DNA from: Anaerolineae bacterium
GTDB taxonomy: Bacteria; Chloroflexota; Anaerolineae; S140-20
Reading direction: 5' to 3'
Length of the DNA: 38,801 nucleotides
Assembly: GCA_027021705.1 (NCBI GenBank)
Contig: JALUTT010000025.1
Span: 1-38,801, forward strand
Position numbers and translations under genes: made by a program. How positions within the stretch are numbered: the first letter of the stretch is position 1; each line of letters begins with the position of its first letter. Shown one piece after another: positions 38,271 to 38,801 of this stretch. Below the pieces are notes generated by a model. The model was not told the origin of the DNA and made no database searches. It was given only the letters and a program-made list of their open reading frames with translations.

Positions 38271-38558
38271 ATGTGCCTTGGCGTTCCCGGCAAGATCGTA
38301 GAGGTGTGGGACAACGCTTTTATGCGCATGGGCAAGGTGGACTTCGGCGGTGTGACCCGCGAGGTCTCCCTGGCCTACGTCCCGGAGGCCCAGGTGGGCG
38401 ATTACGTCATCGTCCACGTGGGCTTCGCCATCAGCGTGCTGAACGAGGAGGAAGCCCAGGAGACGCTGGCCCTGCTGGCCGAGATGGGGCAGCTTGAGGA
38501 GGAACTGGGCATCGGAGCAGAAGGGGGAGCCGATGAAGTACCTGGAGGAATACCGTAA
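38271..38558 (+). CDS. hypC: Hydrogenase maturation chaperone HypC
   Basis: [18 protein letters not shown]-terminus; [11 protein letters not shown]. Confidence 0.95.
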   Translation: MCLGVPGKIVEVWDNAFMRMGKVDFGGVTREVSLAYVPEAQVGDYVIVHVGFAISVLNEEEAQETLALLAEMGQLEEELGIGAEGGADEVPGGIP

Positions 38559-38801
38559 CGCCGACCTGGTCCACAAGGTCCTGGACGAAATCCACCGCAT
38601 CACGACCCGGCCCTGGACGATTATGGAGATCTGCGGCGGGCAGACCCACTCCATCCTGCGCCACGGGCTGGACCAACTGCTCCCACCCCAGATCACCCTG
38701 GTCCACGGCCCCGGCTGTCCGGTCTGCGTCACGCCCCTGGAACTGATTGACAAGGCCATCGCCATCGCCTCGCGCCCAGAGGTGATCTTCTGCTCCTACG
38801 G
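38533..38801 (+). CDS. hypD: Hydrogenase maturation protein HypD (5' part, runs off the window)
   Basis: Manual translation MKYLEEYRN...[12 protein letters not shown]...[12 protein letters not shown]. Confidence 0.95.
   Translation, partial: MKYLEEYRNADLVHKVLDEIHRITTRPWTIMEICGGQTHSILRHGLDQLLPPQITLVHGPGCPVCVTPLELIDKAIAIASRPEVIFCSY

Overview
GC-rich bacterial chromosome segment. Gene content and repeat style suggest Chloroflexota/Anaerolineae (inference). In order: (1) a 94-bp tandem repeat array; (2) a three-gene TPR module encoding an apparently exported, C-terminally anchored TPR-CHAT protease, an XRE-HTH/TM/TPR membrane regulator and a FecR/DUF928-like TPR lipoprotein; (3) a minus-strand branched-chain 2-oxoacid dehydrogenase cluster (E1a, E1b, E2, lpdA, lipB) with an orphan UPF0175 gene and two small membrane proteins; (4) a heterodimeric ABC exporter; (5) a heptad-repeat coiled-coil/PD-(D/E)XK-like protein and three membrane proteins; (6) a GTAG-type REP cluster ahead of prepilin peptidase; (7) a squalene-cyclase-repeat-like protein, a GYD protein, mutL, folC, lon, a lipoprotein, a stand-alone cNMP-binding protein and radC; (8) two cell-wall-enzyme-like proteins that share an unrecognised SADDAG domain; (9) hypA-hypF-hypC-hypD', interrupted by a collapsed MNT-HEPN toxin-antitoxin remnant. 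The best candidates for undescribed systems are the surface CHAT/TPR signalling triad (431-6633) and the SADDAG-domain pair (31714-35332). No CRISPR array, tRNA, rRNA or intact transposase was seen. All family calls come from motif recognition by eye; no searches were run.
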